DNA from: Candidatus Omnitrophota bacterium
GTDB lineage: Bacteria > Omnitrophota > Gorgyraeia > DTHP01
Reading direction: 5' to 3'
DNA length: 64,000 bases
Assembly: GCA_023819145.1 (NCBI GenBank)
Contig: JAMWCW010000003.1
Coordinates: forward strand, 78,887-142,886
Shown here: positions 1 to 11,686 of the stretch, piece by piece
How the letters are laid out: each line of letters starts with the position of its first letter
Position numbering within the stretch: position 1 is the first letter of the stretch
Program-made: the position numbers and the translations under genes
Notes under the pieces: model-generated
The model's input: only the letters and a program-made list of their open reading frames with translations
What the model was told of the DNA's origin: nothing
Databases searched by the model: none

Positions 1-2
1 AT

Positions 3-1055
3 ATGGTCTTAGATGATTTATTGGTGCGTTTGGGAGAGTGGCTTAAAGGAGAAGGTTTAAATTCGGATATTGTGATGTCAAGTCGTGTGCGTCTTGCACG
101 CAATGTGGATAAAATACCATTTACTCATTGGGCAAGCAAGAAAGAAAAAGAAGATATTTTGGAGATAATTAAGAATGTTTTGAAAGAGAGCGAGTTTCTA
201 AAAGACGGCATTTTTCTTTTGCTGAAAGAAATTGATGAAATAGACCGAATTTTTCTTTTAGAAAGGCATCTTGTCTCCCATGAGTTTATTCAAAAACCCA
301 ATTCTAAAGCAGTGGCAGTCAGTACAAATGAAATGGTTAGTGGGATGATTAATGAAGAAGACCATCTCCGCCTTCAAGTGATGCAGTCGGGATTTAATAT
401 TTCTGGTGCGTTTGAGATTGCGCGGAAGTTAGATGAGTTTCTTTCTGAGAAGATAAAATTTGCTTTTTCTTCTGAGTGGGGTTATCTTACCGCCTGCCCG
501 ACTAATGTAGGAACAGGTTTGCGTGCTTCGGTTATGCTGCATCTGCCTGTACTTGTATTCACTAAACAGATAAACAAAGTTCTACAGGCAATTACCCGTC
601 TTGGACTTACCGCGCGAGGTTTTTATGGTGAAGGGACGGAAGCAACAGGTAACTTTTTCCAGATATCTAACCAGGTGACTTTAGGACAGAAAGAAGAGGA
701 TATCGTTGATAATTTAGAGAAGATTATTAAACAGGTTGTGGAATATGAACAAAATGCCCGTCAGATGATTATGACCCAGGAAAAAGAAAGGATTACCGAC
801 CGCATCTGGCGTGCTTACGGAGTACTTAAGAATGCCTATATTATCTCTAGCAACGAAACGATAGAACTTCTCTCTCACGTAAGACTGGGTGTAGATTTGG
901 GGATTATTAAAGATATTACTCGTCGACAATTGAACGAACTTTTTATTTTTATTCAGCCCGCCCATCTTCAGAAACTGGAAGGGAAAAAACTTACTCCTCA
1001 ACAACGCGATGTAAAAAGGGCACAGTTAATTCGTAATAAACTGGGAGTGATTTAG
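3..1055 (+). CDS. mcsB: Protein arginine kinase McsB
   Basis: ATP:guanido phosphotransferase motifs SSRVRLARN, NEEDHLR, LTACPTNVGTG; directly upstream of clpC. Confidence 0.95.
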   Translation: MVLDDLLVRLGEWLKGEGLNSDIVMSSRVRLARNVDKIPFTHWASKKEKEDILEIIKNVLKESEFLKDGIFLLLKEIDEIDRIFLLERHLVSHEFIQKPNSKAVAVSTNEMVSGMINEEDHLRLQVMQSGFNISGAFEIARKLDEFLSEKIKFAFSSEWGYLTACPTNVGTGLRASVMLHLPVLVFTKQINKVLQAITRLGLTARGFYGEGTEATGNFFQISNQVTLGQKEEDIVDNLEKIIKQVVEYEQNARQMIMTQEKERITDRIWRAYGVLKNAYIISSNETIELLSHVRLGVDLGIIKDITRRQLNELFIFIQPAHLQKLEGKKLTPQQRDVKRAQLIRNKLGVI

Positions 1056-1087
1056 AAAGTTTTCCCTACCCCCAAAGAGGTTTTTAT

Positions 1088-1116
1088 TTGAAATTAGCTT
1101 TTTTGTGTGTTATTAT
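1088..1116 (+). promoter_or_regulatory. Putative sigma70 promoter for clpC
   Basis: TTGAAA-17nt-TATTAT with extended TG; AGGAGG SD before the ATG at 1150. Confidence 0.5.
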
Positions 1117-1149
1117 ATCTCTATAAAATAAAAAACAGGAGGATAAATT

Positions 1150-3600
1150 ATGTTTAATCGATTTACCGAGAGAGCGAGGAAGGTAGTATTGTTGGCAAAG
1201 GAAGAAGCGCGGCGTTTTAACCACGATTATATTGGTACCGAGCACATCCTTTTGGGGCTAATTCGTGAAGGAGAGGGCGTGGCGGCAGCAGTATTGCAAA
1301 ATTTGGGTTTGAATTTGGAAGGTATTCGGTTAGAGGTGGAGAAGATTGTTCAACCTGGCCCCAGCACCGTGGTTTCTGGAGACATTCCGTTTACACCGAA
1401 GGCAAAAAAGGTTATTGAGTTGGCCATGGAAGAGGCGCGTTCCTTGGGTCATAACTATATCGGAACAGAGCATCTACTTTTAGGTTTGATTCGTGAAGGA
1501 GAAGGGGTGGCAGCCCAGGTATTAGTTAATTTAGGATTAGACCTTACTAAGGTAAGAAGAGCGGTGATGGAACTTTTGGGAGCGGGTAGTTCTGGAAGTT
1601 CAATGTATGGGACTCCCGCTGGGCAGAAGACAAAAACCCCTGCCCTTGATGCTTTTGGCAGAGACCTTACTCAGTTGGCACGGGAGAATAAACTTGATCC
1701 GGTAATTGGAAGGAAAGAAGAGATTGAACGCGTAATGCAGATTTTGAGCCGAAGGACCAAAAATAATCCTGTTCTCTTAGGCGAAGCAGGCGTGGGTAAA
1801 ACTGCAATTGTGGAAGGAGTGGCGCAGAAAATTGTACGGGGAGATTTACCGGAAGTAGTACGCGATAAACGTGTAATTACCTTAGACTTAGCCCTTATGG
1901 TAGCAGGGACAAAATACCGTGGACAATTTGAAGAGCGGATTAAAGCGGTGATGGATGAAATAAAACGCTCCGAAAATGTTATTCTTTTTATAGATGAATT
2001 GCACACCTTGGTAGGGGCGGGCGGTGCGGAGGGAGCAATTGATGCTTCCAATATTTTAAAACCTGCTTTAGCAAGGGGAGAATTACAGTGTATTGGTGCT
2101 ACGACCTTAGATGAATATCGTAAATACATCGAGAAAGATGCAGCCTTAGAACGTCGGTTTCAAACAATTATGGTAGACCCGCCTACGGTTGAAGAGACTA
2201 TAGAAATCCTCAAAGGATTGCGTGACAAATATGAGGCTCACCATCGGGTAAAGATTACTGATGAAGCAATTGTTGCCTCGTCCCGTCTATCCGACCGCTA
2301 TATCTCAGGAAGATTTCTTCCCGATAAGGCAATTGACTTAATTGACGAGGCTGGTTCGCGTGCAAGACTTTCGGTACTTACCCCCCCGTCTGAAATGAAA
2401 GAGTTAGAACAAAGGATAGAACAGCTTACTAAGGAAAAGGAGGCGGCAATAAAAGGGCAAGATTTTGAAAAGGCAGCCCATGTACGGGACCAAGAGAGGC
2501 TTGCGCGTCAAGAACTTGAACAACTCAAACGGGAATGGGAAAAAAAGAAAAACGAAATTCAACCTCAGGTTACAGAAGAAGATATTGCTCAGATTGTTTC
2601 CAAATGGACAGGGATTCCTTTGATTAGATTAGAGCAGAAAGAATCAGAGAAACTTCTCCATGTAGAAGAGGAGATTCATCGGCGAGTAATTGGACAGGAA
2701 GAAGCAATTTCTGCCATTGCTCGCGCAGTCCGTCGTTCTCGCGCAGGGCTTAAAGACCTGCGTCGACCCATTGGTTCCTTCATCTTTCTTGGCCCTACAG
2801 GCGTGGGAAAGACTCTTTTGGGTAAGGCTTTGGCAGAGTTTATGTTTGGTGATGAAGATGCTTTGGTTCAATTGGATATGTCGGAATATATGGAAAAATT
2901 TAATGTTTCACGTCTCGTAGGTGCTCCTCCGGGCTATGTGGGATATGAGGAGGGAGGTCAGCTTACCGAGAAAATAAGGAGAAGACCATATTCAGTTATA
3001 CTTCTTGATGAGATAGAAAAGGCGCATCCTGATGTTTTTAATATTCTCCTTCAGGTATTAGATGAAGGGCGTCTTACAGACAGTTTTGGTAGAAGAGTTG
3101 ATTTCAGAAATACTATCCTTATTATGACTTCGAATATTGGTGCTGAATTTTGGAAGAAGCAGGCTAATCTGGGATTCCGCAGTGAAAAAGAGGAAATAAA
3201 TTACGATACGATAAAGATGAGGCTTTTGGATGAAGTTAAAAGAACATTTAAGCCCGAGTTTATCAATCGTATAGACGATATTATTGTTTTTCGTCCCCTT
3301 ACGCGAGAAGATTTACAGAAGATTGTGGAATTGGAGATTAGTGAGGTTCGCAGAAGGCTGGGAGAACAAGGTTATTTTATAGAATTGACTCCAGAGGCAA
3401 AAGAATTTCTGATTGATAAAGGTTTCGACCCGGTTTTAGGTGCTCGCCCCTTAAGGAGGACAATTCAGCGGTATGTTGAAGACCCTCTTGCTGAAGAAAT
3501 AATTGCCGGTAAATTTAAAGTAGGAGATACGATAAGAATTGTATCCCATGAGCAGAGACTTGAATTTGAGACTGCGAAAGAAAAACAAGTTTTGAGTTAG
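1150..3600 (+). CDS. clpC: ATP-dependent Clp protease ATPase subunit ClpC
   Basis: Clp-N repeats, two Walker A motifs ([16 protein letters not shown]), UVR-like middle domain. Confidence 0.97.
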   Translation: MFNRFTERARKVVLLAKEEARRFNHDYIGTEHILLGLIREGEGVAAAVLQNLGLNLEGIRLEVEKIVQPGPSTVVSGDIPFTPKAKKVIELAMEEARSLGHNYIGTEHLLLGLIREGEGVAAQVLVNLGLDLTKVRRAVMELLGAGSSGSSMYGTPAGQKTKTPALDAFGRDLTQLARENKLDPVIGRKEEIERVMQILSRRTKNNPVLLGEAGVGKTAIVEGVAQKIVRGDLPEVVRDKRVITLDLALMVAGTKYRGQFEERIKAVMDEIKRSENVILFIDELHTLVGAGGAEGAIDASNILKPALARGELQCIGATTLDEYRKYIEKDAALERRFQTIMVDPPTVEETIEILKGLRDKYEAHHRVKITDEAIVASSRLSDRYISGRFLPDKAIDLIDEAGSRARLSVLTPPSEMKELEQRIEQLTKEKEAAIKGQDFEKAAHVRDQERLARQELEQLKREWEKKKNEIQPQVTEEDIAQIVSKWTGIPLIRLEQKESEKLLHVEEEIHRRVIGQEEAISAIARAVRRSRAGLKDLRRPIGSFIFLGPTGVGKTLLGKALAEFMFGDEDALVQLDMSEYMEKFNVSRLVGAPPGYVGYEEGGQLTEKIRRRPYSVILLDEIEKAHPDVFNILLQVLDEGRLTDSFGRRVDFRNTILIMTSNIGAEFWKKQANLGFRSEKEEINYDTIKMRLLDEVKRTFKPEFINRIDDIIVFRPLTREDLQKIVELEISEVRRRLGEQGYFIELTPEAKEFLIDKGFDPVLGARPLRRTIQRYVEDPLAEEIIAGKFKVGDTIRIVSHEQRLEFETAKEKQVLS

Positions 3601-3633
3601 TTTTTACATTGAAGGGCTAGATTATTTATTATA

Positions 3634-5250
3634 ATGCGCAGTCGCATACAGAGAAAAAAGAATATTTTTTTAATATTTTTTTTACTAATCATTGGATTAT
3701 CTTTGTTTATTTATGCAGAGCGTGGGCAATTATTGAACGAAATTAAAGCCTCGATCGAGAAAGAACTCAGTAGACAATTATCCGTTTCTTTAAAAATAGG
3801 AGATTTCAAACATTGGTGGGCGAGGAATTTAAATTTCGGTGACGTTCAGATAACAGATAGCAAAGACTCGTTTTTTATATCCGCCAAAGATGTTTATTTC
3901 AATTTTTCTCTGTGGGATATTTTTTTAAGAAGGAAAAGTGAATCAAAAGATATAGGTTTTTTTGTTAAAGATGCAGCTTTTTTTGTAAAAGGAATAAAGA
4001 TACCTCTCCGCATTATTTCACTAAGCGCAGTTTTGAGTAGTGGGTATTTAGAGATTAAGGAATCGAAAGGAATTCTGGCAGAATTTTTCCCTTTTGAATT
4101 GAAGGCAATTCTGGGTAGCTTTGCCCAAAGAAATCCCAAGATAGACTTAAAGTGCCATTTTGAAAGGGATCCTTCCAGTAGATTTCTTTCTTCTTTTATC
4201 CCAACGTTTATTTATATGAGTGGAGATAGTGAAAAGATTCTTATAGAAGGGTTTAATGACTTAGAAAAACCGGTCTTTCATCTTAGCGGAGAATTTCTTC
4301 CCTTGGTCGGCAGATTTAGTTTGATATTTGAAAAATATCAAGACAATAAAAATTTTCCTCTGCGGATTGAGGGCGATTTTAAAGAAAAAAAGAAATCCAT
4401 AAAAATAATTTTTAATCACTTTCCCTTAATGGATAATAATGAATTGATTTCCAATATTTTTATTGAGGGTGAATATGATTCTCAAGAGAAAATCTTGGAA
4501 GGAAAAGTTTATAGTTCAGGGACACTTTTCAATTTTTTGCCTTTACCCGAATTTGAAGGAAGTTACAGATTAAAGGATGGCATGTTAAATATAGATAGTT
4601 TTAAATGGGCAGATTCTTTATGGCTTGAGGGGGATATAAGATTTTTGGATTTTGTTTCGGGAAACCTCCGCGTTTTGCTCAGGAATCTTAACCTTCTTTA
4701 TTTTGCTTATTTCTATTATCCTAACTGGAATGCCTGGGGAGGAATTTCTGGGGGGATTGATTTGCAAATAAGGGAAGGCAATGTATTTACTAAAGGAAGT
4801 TTTGATTTTACAGAAGGGGAATTTGGGCCATTTAAATTTAAAGGAGGGAAAATTAAATTTGAGGGTGAGAATAGCGTTTTCAGATTAACCGATACGCGGA
4901 TTTATCAAGAAAAAGGATATTTTGACCTTGGTGGCGAGATAGATTTGAAGAAATTAGGGAAATACGATTTTGTAAGAAATATTGTACTCATACCCTATCA
5001 GGAAGGGATGGAATGGCAAGGTTGGCGTGTTTCACAAAAGGACTATACTGATTCCATTATTGCAGACAAAGGTATAGATGAAAAATTTAGCATCCAGTTT
5101 CGTTCTTATATGAAAGATAATCAGGGGATAACAAAGGAAAAAAGCGATGAATTTGGTTTAGAATATAAACTTAAGGAAGATAGAAGTTTGAAACTGCGGT
5201 TAAAAGAAAATGAGGAGATTTTTGGCTTTGAGCGAAAAGTTAGATTCTAA
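3634..5250 (+). CDS. N-terminally anchored beta-rich protein, AsmA/TamB-like
   Basis: Single N-terminal TM helix, long alternating-hydrophobic beta pattern, C-terminal Phe; next to mlaEFD. Confidence 0.5.
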   Translation: MRSRIQRKKNIFLIFFLLIIGLSLFIYAERGQLLNEIKASIEKELSRQLSVSLKIGDFKHWWARNLNFGDVQITDSKDSFFISAKDVYFNFSLWDIFLRRKSESKDIGFFVKDAAFFVKGIKIPLRIISLSAVLSSGYLEIKESKGILAEFFPFELKAILGSFAQRNPKIDLKCHFERDPSSRFLSSFIPTFIYMSGDSEKILIEGFNDLEKPVFHLSGEFLPLVGRFSLIFEKYQDNKNFPLRIEGDFKEKKKSIKIIFNHFPLMDNNELISNIFIEGEYDSQEKILEGKVYSSGTLFNFLPLPEFEGSYRLKDGMLNIDSFKWADSLWLEGDIRFLDFVSGNLRVLLRNLNLLYFAYFYYPNWNAWGGISGGIDLQIREGNVFTKGSFDFTEGEFGPFKFKGGKIKFEGENSVFRLTDTRIYQEKGYFDLGGEIDLKKLGKYDFVRNIVLIPYQEGMEWQGWRVSQKDYTDSIIADKGIDEKFSIQFRSYMKDNQGITKEKSDEFGLEYKLKEDRSLKLRLKENEEIFGFERKVRF

Positions 5251-5265
5251 AGATAAAAGATAAAA

Positions 5266-6039
5266 ATGCTTAGATATCTAGGGGAAAAATTTCTTTCTCT
5301 GACAAGTTACTTAGGGAGCATCGGGGTTTTGTGCACCCAGACATTGCTTTTATCTTTCGTCCCCCCATTCCGGCGCAAGAGTGTGTTTGAGCAGATGGCT
5401 AAAATAGGAGTGGAGAGTTTATCTCTTGTCTCTCTTACTTCTCTCTTTACGGGTATGGTTCTTGCTTTGCAAAGTGCTTACCAGATGCAGAAACTGGGAG
5501 CAGAGGTTTATATTTCCTCGCTGGTAGCGCTTTCGATTACTCGGGAGTTGGGTCCGGTTTTAACTGCTCTGGTGGTTGCCGGGAGAATGGGGGCAGCAAT
5601 TACTGCTGAACTGGGGACAATGAAGGTAACCGAACAGATTGACGCCCTGGAAACTTTGGCTACCAACCCTATTAAATATCTTGTAGTTCCGCGGTTCCTT
5701 GCACTTATCACCATGTTGCCTCTTCTTACTGTTTACGCAGATTTTATTGGCATGCTGGGAGGTTTTATGATTGGAGTGGGTAAATTAGGGATTGGGCAAA
5801 ATTTATATATAAGAATGACTTTTAATACCTTGACCTTTAAAGATGTTTTTACAGGACTAATAAAGGCTTTTTTCTTTGCAGTTATTATTGCTATTATTTC
5901 CTGTAGAGAGGGTATGGATACCGAGGGAGGGGCGGAGGGAGTAGGACGTGCTACTACGCGTGCGGTAGTTTTTTCTTTTATTTTGATTATTGCTGCTGAC
6001 TGTTTGTTTACCGCTTTATTCTATTTTATGTACCGATGA
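5266..6039 (+). CDS. mlaE: MlaE family lipid ABC transporter permease
   Basis: RELGPVLTALVVAGR...ELGTMKVTEQIDAL motif. Confidence 0.93.
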   Translation: MLRYLGEKFLSLTSYLGSIGVLCTQTLLLSFVPPFRRKSVFEQMAKIGVESLSLVSLTSLFTGMVLALQSAYQMQKLGAEVYISSLVALSITRELGPVLTALVVAGRMGAAITAELGTMKVTEQIDALETLATNPIKYLVVPRFLALITMLPLLTVYADFIGMLGGFMIGVGKLGIGQNLYIRMTFNTLTFKDVFTGLIKAFFFAVIIAIISCREGMDTEGGAEGVGRATTRAVVFSFILIIAADCLFTALFYFMYR

Positions 6040-6052
6040 TTCTATAACCTAG

Positions 6053-6814
6053 ATGATAGAAATAATTAACTTGTGTAAATCTTTTGATGGCAAGGTAATT
6101 TTAGATAACCTCAATTTACGCATAAAAACGGGGGAGACTATTGTAATTATTGGCCGTAGCGGATGTGGTAAATCTGTTTTACTTAAGTTAATCATTGGTC
6201 TTTTAAAACCTGATAAAGGAGAGATAATTATTGATGGCGATGACATTACCCGTCTTAGAGGTAAGGAATTGGATAGAAGGCGTATGAAGTTTGGAATGCT
6301 TTTTCAGAGCGCCGCTCTCTTTGATTCCCTAACTGTAAGAGAAAACGTAGGGTTCTTTCTTTACGAACACGGATATGCTGATAAGGATAAGATAGAAGAG
6401 AGAATAAGAGAATGTCTTAGGCTCGTTGGGCTTCCGGGAACGGAGGAGCTTTATCCAGCACAGTTAAGCGGAGGTATGAAGAAAAGAGTTGCTTTAGCCA
6501 GGGCGATATGTATGCATCCGGAGATAATTCTTTATGATGAGCCTACCACAGGTTTAGACCCCATTACTGCCGATGCAATAAATTCTCTTATTGTTGACCT
6601 TCACGATAAGTTAAGAGTAACGGCGGTTGCAGTAACTCACGATATGAAGAGTGCGTTTAGAATTGGGGATAGAATTGCCATGCTTTATAAAGGTAAAATT
6701 ATTACCACAGGCACTCCTGAAGAGATCAATAATACAGAGGATCCTTTGGTAAAGCAATTTATTTTGGGAGAGGCAAAGGGAGTGATGGAAATAGAGGAGG
6801 AAGGGGGGATATAA
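6053..6814 (+). CDS. mlaF: MlaF family ABC transporter ATPase
   Basis: GRSGCGKS, LSGGMKKRVALAR, DEPTTGLD; lies between mlaE and mlaD. Confidence 0.92.
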   Translation: MIEIINLCKSFDGKVILDNLNLRIKTGETIVIIGRSGCGKSVLLKLIIGLLKPDKGEIIIDGDDITRLRGKELDRRRMKFGMLFQSAALFDSLTVRENVGFFLYEHGYADKDKIEERIRECLRLVGLPGTEELYPAQLSGGMKKRVALARAICMHPEIILYDEPTTGLDPITADAINSLIVDLHDKLRVTAVAVTHDMKSAFRIGDRIAMLYKGKIITTGTPEEINNTEDPLVKQFILGEAKGVMEIEEEGGI

Positions 6815-6815
6815 G

Positions 6816-7547
6816 TTGAAGAGGAAGATGTTTGAGTTAAAGGTGGGGATATTTGTTTTAATCGGGTTAATAATTTTGACAATTATTGTACTTTCGATAA
6901 GTGATTTTAAGGCGGCAGTAGGAGGATATTATTTAAAGGTAATTTTTAATTTTGCCAATGGGATTGATATAGGAGCACCTGTGAGGTTAGCGGGAGTTAA
7001 GATTGGAGAGGTAAAAGATTTACAAATTGTTTATGCTCCGGATAATGAATTACCACATGTGGAGTTACTTACTTGGATAGATAAAAAGTTTGTTATTTAT
7101 GATGATTCCACTCCTTATATAAACACCCTCGGCCTTTTGGGAGAAAAATATTTAGAGATTATTCCCGGCGTAAATAAAGAAGGTATTTTAAAACCAGGGG
7201 ATGTTATTTATGGGAAAGATTCGGTTTCCATGGGGCAGATTGCGGAACTGGGTTATAGAATTGCTTCCAAGTTAGAAGATTCTATAAACTCGGTAAACAC
7301 TATTTTGAATGATTCTGAGTTTAAGGTTGCTTTTAAAGAGGTAATTTTAAAAGCACAGAGATTAACTGAAGATTTGGATAAATTGAGTCTCTCCTTACAG
7401 GAGATAGTTGATAAAATTAATCAGGGACGGGGAACGGTGGGAAAATTAATTAGTGAAGAAGGTTTGTACAACGAGATTGAAGGCTTTGTGAAGGATTTGA
7501 AACAACACCCCTGGAAATTGCTTTATCGACCAAAAGTAAGGAAGTAG
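6816..7547 (+). CDS. mlaD: MlaD/MCE family protein
   Basis: N-terminal TM, GAPVRLAGVKIG and GLLGEKYLEIIPG MCE motifs. Confidence 0.9.
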   Translation: MKRKMFELKVGIFVLIGLIILTIIVLSISDFKAAVGGYYLKVIFNFANGIDIGAPVRLAGVKIGEVKDLQIVYAPDNELPHVELLTWIDKKFVIYDDSTPYINTLGLLGEKYLEIIPGVNKEGILKPGDVIYGKDSVSMGQIAELGYRIASKLEDSINSVNTILNDSEFKVAFKEVILKAQRLTEDLDKLSLSLQEIVDKINQGRGTVGKLISEEGLYNEIEGFVKDLKQHPWKLLYRPKVRK

Positions 7548-7560
7548 AAGTAAAGGACCT

Positions 7561-8916
7561 ATGGCTAAGAATAAAACTATATTCACCTGTCAGAATTGCG
7601 GATATCGTTCTTTACGCTGGTTGGGGAGATGTCCTGATTGTGAAGAGTGGAATTCTTTTGTAGAAGAAGCAGTTGATTCCTTTGTTTCAGAAGAGCGAGA
7701 AAAATCAGAACTACCCCGTCTTCTCGCAGAGATTAATATTCAGGAAGAAGAAAGAGTTTCTACTGGAATAGAAGAATTTGATCGGCTTTTGGGAGGAGGG
7801 ATTGTTCGGGGTTCAGTAATTCTGGTAGGGGGAAATCCCGGGGTGGGTAAATCTACTATCCTTCTTCAAGTTTCCCATAGTTTGAGCATGAGGGGAAATA
7901 CAGTTTTTTATGTTAGTGGGGAAGAGTCCTTGAACCAGACAAAGATACGTGCAGAGAGGTTGGGTTTAGTGGGAGATAAACTTTTTATAGTTAATGAGAA
8001 TGATGTAGATTTTATAATTGAGGATATTAAAAAAATAAATCCTGGGGTTGTAATTATTGACTCAATACAGATACTCTATAAAAAGGAATTCTCGTCCAGC
8101 ACGGGCACAGTGACTCAAGTACGTGAATGTGCTCAACTACTCACCTCATTAGCTAAAGAGAAGGGAATTTCGATGTTTCTGATTGGGCATGTAACCAAGG
8201 AAGGAGTTTTGGCTGGGCCTAAGGTCTTGGAACATCTGGTGGACACAGTTTTATATTTCGAAGGTGAGGATTTCAGTCAAAGGAGAATATTACGGGCGGT
8301 AAAGAATCGGTTTGGTTCGACTAATGAGATAGCAATCTTTGAAATGTCTGCTAAAGGTTTGATGGAGGTGAGGAATCCTTCAGAGATGTTTTTAGGTGAA
8401 CGTGGAGAAAATATTCCTGGCTCTTTAATCGTTCCTGTTATGGAAGGATTGCGCCCATTATTGGTAGAAATACAGGCATTGGTGGTTTCTTCTCTTCCCG
8501 GGATTGCTCGTAGGCGCTGTATTGGTTTAGATTTTAATCGTATACCATTACTGATTGCAGTAATGGAGAAAAGGTTGGGTTTACATCTTGGTGGTCAAGA
8601 TATTTTTGTCAATGTGGTAGGAGGAATAAAAGTAATGGAACCAGCAGTAGATTTAGGGGTGATTTTGGGGATTGTTTCCAGTTTCCGTAATTTAGCGGTT
8701 TCTAAGGACACAGTGGTTTTGGGAGAAGTGGGGTTAGGTGGAGAGGTGAGGTCGGTAAGTTTTGCGGAACTGCGGATTCAGGAGGCACAGAAACTGGGTT
8801 TTAAGAAGGCGATTTTACCTAAAGGTAACCTTTCTTCCATAAAAGATCTTAAAAAAGATTTTGAGATTAGAGGAGTGAAAAATATTGAAGAAGCAGTAGA
8901 CTTGGTTTTAGGATAA
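7561..8916 (+). CDS. radA: DNA repair protein RadA/Sms
   Basis: CxxC...CxxC zinc finger, [14 protein letters not shown], Lon-like C-terminus. Confidence 0.97.
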   Translation: MAKNKTIFTCQNCGYRSLRWLGRCPDCEEWNSFVEEAVDSFVSEEREKSELPRLLAEINIQEEERVSTGIEEFDRLLGGGIVRGSVILVGGNPGVGKSTILLQVSHSLSMRGNTVFYVSGEESLNQTKIRAERLGLVGDKLFIVNENDVDFIIEDIKKINPGVVIIDSIQILYKKEFSSSTGTVTQVRECAQLLTSLAKEKGISMFLIGHVTKEGVLAGPKVLEHLVDTVLYFEGEDFSQRRILRAVKNRFGSTNEIAIFEMSAKGLMEVRNPSEMFLGERGENIPGSLIVPVMEGLRPLLVEIQALVVSSLPGIARRRCIGLDFNRIPLLIAVMEKRLGLHLGGQDIFVNVVGGIKVMEPAVDLGVILGIVSSFRNLAVSKDTVVLGEVGLGGEVRSVSFAELRIQEAQKLGFKKAILPKGNLSSIKDLKKDFEIRGVKNIEEAVDLVLG

Positions 8917-8939
8917 ATTTATTTAAATGGAGGAATAAA

Positions 8940-9926
8940 ATGGCTATTGTTTTTTTGAGATTTTTTTTTATTATTTGCTCTTCTTTTACAGGGTATTATC
9001 TTGGCAAATGGGGATGGTTTAGTCAGCCTTTATTTGGGTTTTTTGTTGGGCTTTTAATCTCTACTTTGGTTGTAGTACTAGAGATATTTATGCGCAGGGT
9101 CTCTCTACGTGATTTTTTTGCCATAATCTTCGGCCTTATTCTGGGGTTGGTTACTGCAAAACTTTTGGTTTGGATATTAGAACTTTTTCCTCTTGAACCA
9201 AAAATTCTCTCTTCTTTACGCCTTATCTTTACTTTCGTTTTTTCTTACTTGGGGATAGTGATTGCTTTGAAAGGTAAAGAGGAGTTTAGTCTTTTGATTC
9301 CTTATGTGAAACTTTCTCCTCAGAGTCGGAAAGAGGAGATTATAATTCTTGATACCAGTGTAATTATTGATGGAAGAATTGCCGATATTTTTCAGACCCG
9401 CTTTATAGAAGGCAAAGTGGTCATTCCCCGTTTTGTGTTAAAGGAACTTCAGCAAATTGCTGATTCTCAAGACCATCTGCGCAGGACGCGGGGAAGAAGG
9501 GGTTTGGATATTCTTAATCGGATAAAAAAAATTCCGCGTATCGAAGTAAGGATTCATGAGGAAGATTATCTGGATATTCCCGAAGTAGATGCCAAATTGG
9601 TTAAATTGGCAAAGAGTATTGAGGCAAGAATTCTTACAAACGATTATAATCTGAATAAAATTGCCGAACTTCAAGGAGTGACAGTTCTAAATATAAACGA
9701 CCTTGCCAACGCTTTAAAACCGGTGGTTCTTCCTGGGGAAACGATGGTTGTGAAATTGGTAAAGGAAGGCAAGGAGCATAATCAGGCAGTAGCTTATCTC
9801 GACGATGGAACGATGATTGTGGTAGAAGAAGCTCGCCATCTTTTGGGTAAAACGGTGGACATCACAGTTACTTCTGTTCTCCAAACTTCTGCAGGAAGAA
9901 TGATATTTGGTAAAGTGGGTAGATAA
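8940..9926 (+). CDS. PIN/TRAM domain membrane protein (YacL-like)
   Basis: Four TM helices, [14 protein letters not shown] motif, C-terminal TRAM domain ([10 protein letters not shown]). Confidence 0.92.
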   Translation: MAIVFLRFFFIICSSFTGYYLGKWGWFSQPLFGFFVGLLISTLVVVLEIFMRRVSLRDFFAIIFGLILGLVTAKLLVWILELFPLEPKILSSLRLIFTFVFSYLGIVIALKGKEEFSLLIPYVKLSPQSRKEEIIILDTSVIIDGRIADIFQTRFIEGKVVIPRFVLKELQQIADSQDHLRRTRGRRGLDILNRIKKIPRIEVRIHEEDYLDIPEVDAKLVKLAKSIEARILTNDYNLNKIAELQGVTVLNINDLANALKPVVLPGETMVVKLVKEGKEHNQAVAYLDDGTMIVVEEARHLLGKTVDITVTSVLQTSAGRMIFGKVGR

Positions 9927-9932
9927 CAATTT

Positions 9933-10266
9933 ATGCTAACCAGAAGACAGCGCAGCTTTCTCCGTTTCTGGATTAGCACAATAATAATTAGCAAAGGGAT
10001 ATTGTTTTTATTGAATAGGTATCTTATTCTTCTCTACGCTATAATTTTTTTTCTTTTCTTTTTAGGTTTTTCCCTGCGAATTCTTAATCTTTATCCTGGG
10101 GAAAAAACCATTAATTTTAGATGGTCTGGCGGTTTTGATAGGGATACTTTTTGTTTTTCTTGCCGGAGTTTTCGCTTCTACAAAGTTAAGATTTCTTTTG
10201 ATTACTCTTTCCTTTCTTATAGTTCTTCCGCATCTGGCTTATATCGTCAAGAATAAAGATATCTAA
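9933..10266 (+). pseudogene. Small membrane protein gene with a probable +1 frameshift
   Basis: The hydrophobic N-half continues in the +1 frame as LILDGLAVLIGILFVFLAG...KNKDI* (stop 10264-10266); the shift lies near the GGGGAAAAAA run at about 10098-10107. Confidence 0.45.
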
Positions 10267-10319
10267 ATAAAGTTTATTTGTTGAATATCTTCCTTCCTTG
10301 TGCTAAAATTTTCTCTAAA

Positions 10320-11033
10320 ATGAGAATTTCTGCTATTATCCCTTCAGCAGGAAGAGGTAAGCGCTTGAGGGAAAATAAAGATAAAGTTTTTGTTACCCTG
10401 GATAACAAACCCATTATTTATTATACACTTAAGAGTTTAGAAGAAATAGAAGAGATAGGAGAAATTATTTTGGTGGTCAGTGGGCGGTCGTTCATGTATG
10501 CAAAGGATGAATTTCTAAAAAAAATTAGATTTACAAAGGTTAAAAAGGTTGTAAAAGGAGGACCTACACGCACCGATTCTGTATGGAATGGACTTAAAGA
10601 AATAGACAAAACAGCAGATTTAATTTTAGTCCATGATGGGGCAAGGCCTTTTATTAATAAGATTTTACTTAAAAAGGTAATAGAGGCAGGAGCAAGGTTT
10701 GGAGCGGCGGTATTAGGAGTTCCCATTAACGCGACGATAAAAAAGGTTAAAAGCGGTTCAGTCGTAGAGACAGTTTCTCGGGAATATATTTGGGAAACTC
10801 AGACACCGCAGGTGTTTAGAAAAGATTTGATTGTATCTTGTTATCAACAGGCAATTAATGAGGGATTTAAGCCTACTGATGATGCTCAAGTTTTAGAACA
10901 TTATGGGAAAAAGGTTAAGATAGTGGAAGGCAGCATTTTAAATATAAAGATTACTACCCCCGAGGATTTATTTCTGGCAAAGGCAATTTTAAAATATCAA
11001 GTAGCAAAGAAAACGTTTAAGTCAATTCGTTAA
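10320..11033 (+). CDS. ispD: 2-C-methyl-D-erythritol 4-phosphate cytidylyltransferase
   Basis: AGRGKRL, HDGARPF, QTPQVF, NIKITTPEDL; ATG 10320 preferred over the upstream TTG. Confidence 0.95.
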   Translation: MRISAIIPSAGRGKRLRENKDKVFVTLDNKPIIYYTLKSLEEIEEIGEIILVVSGRSFMYAKDEFLKKIRFTKVKKVVKGGPTRTDSVWNGLKEIDKTADLILVHDGARPFINKILLKKVIEAGARFGAAVLGVPINATIKKVKSGSVVETVSREYIWETQTPQVFRKDLIVSCYQQAINEGFKPTDDAQVLEHYGKKVKIVEGSILNIKITTPEDLFLAKAILKYQVAKKTFKSIR

Positions 11034-11133
11034 GTTTGTTATGTTCTTTTGAATCACTTTGTGTCCTTTTACTAAATTAGCCGGGCTAATAAAATTTTCA
11101 AACTTAACGAATAAAAATTTTGGTTTTTTAGCC

Positions 11134-11604
11134 ATGAGAGTTGGTTTAGGTTATGACATTCATCGCTTAGTAAAAGGGAGAAAACTTTTTCTGGGAGGGG
11201 TAGAGATTCCTTATGAGAAAGGTCTTTTAGGGTACTCCGATGGAGATGTAATCCTACATGCCCTTTCGGACGCACTCCTCGGAGCAATAGGAAAAGGCGA
11301 TATTGGAGAACATTTTCCTAATAATGATCCAAAATATAAAGACATTGCGAGCAGAGAAATTCTTAATTTTGTTTTTAAATTGGTTTTAGCTAAGAGATTT
11401 ATAATCAGGAACTTAGATATTACCTTAATTGCGGAGCATCCAGAGATTTCTAAGTATAAAGAGAAGATGAAAAAAAATATTGGTGGAATTCTTAGAATTT
11501 CTAGGGATAATATTAATATTAAAGCCACGACTCATGAAGGGATTGGTTCTATTGGTAAGGGCGAGGCAATGGCAGCATGGGCAGTGGTATTGTTAGATAA
11601 ATAA
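11134..11604 (+). CDS. ispF: MECDP synthase
   Basis: MRVGLGYDIHRL, SDGDV..HA, NIKATT; start likely ATG 11134. Confidence 0.95.
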   Translation: MRVGLGYDIHRLVKGRKLFLGGVEIPYEKGLLGYSDGDVILHALSDALLGAIGKGDIGEHFPNNDPKYKDIASREILNFVFKLVLAKRFIIRNLDITLIAEHPEISKYKEKMKKNIGGILRISRDNINIKATTHEGIGSIGKGEAMAAWAVVLLDK

Positions 11605-11686
11605 TATTTTTACAAGTCAAGATTTTATATAAGAGGCGAAGAAATTTCCGAAAGCGAAGCAGATTGATGAAAAAAATAATGAAGGA

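Noticed and set aside
11230-11250. IspF GYSDGD instead of the usual GHSDGD
   Set aside because: A single substitution at a residue that is not a Zn ligand; the Zn ligands appear intact.
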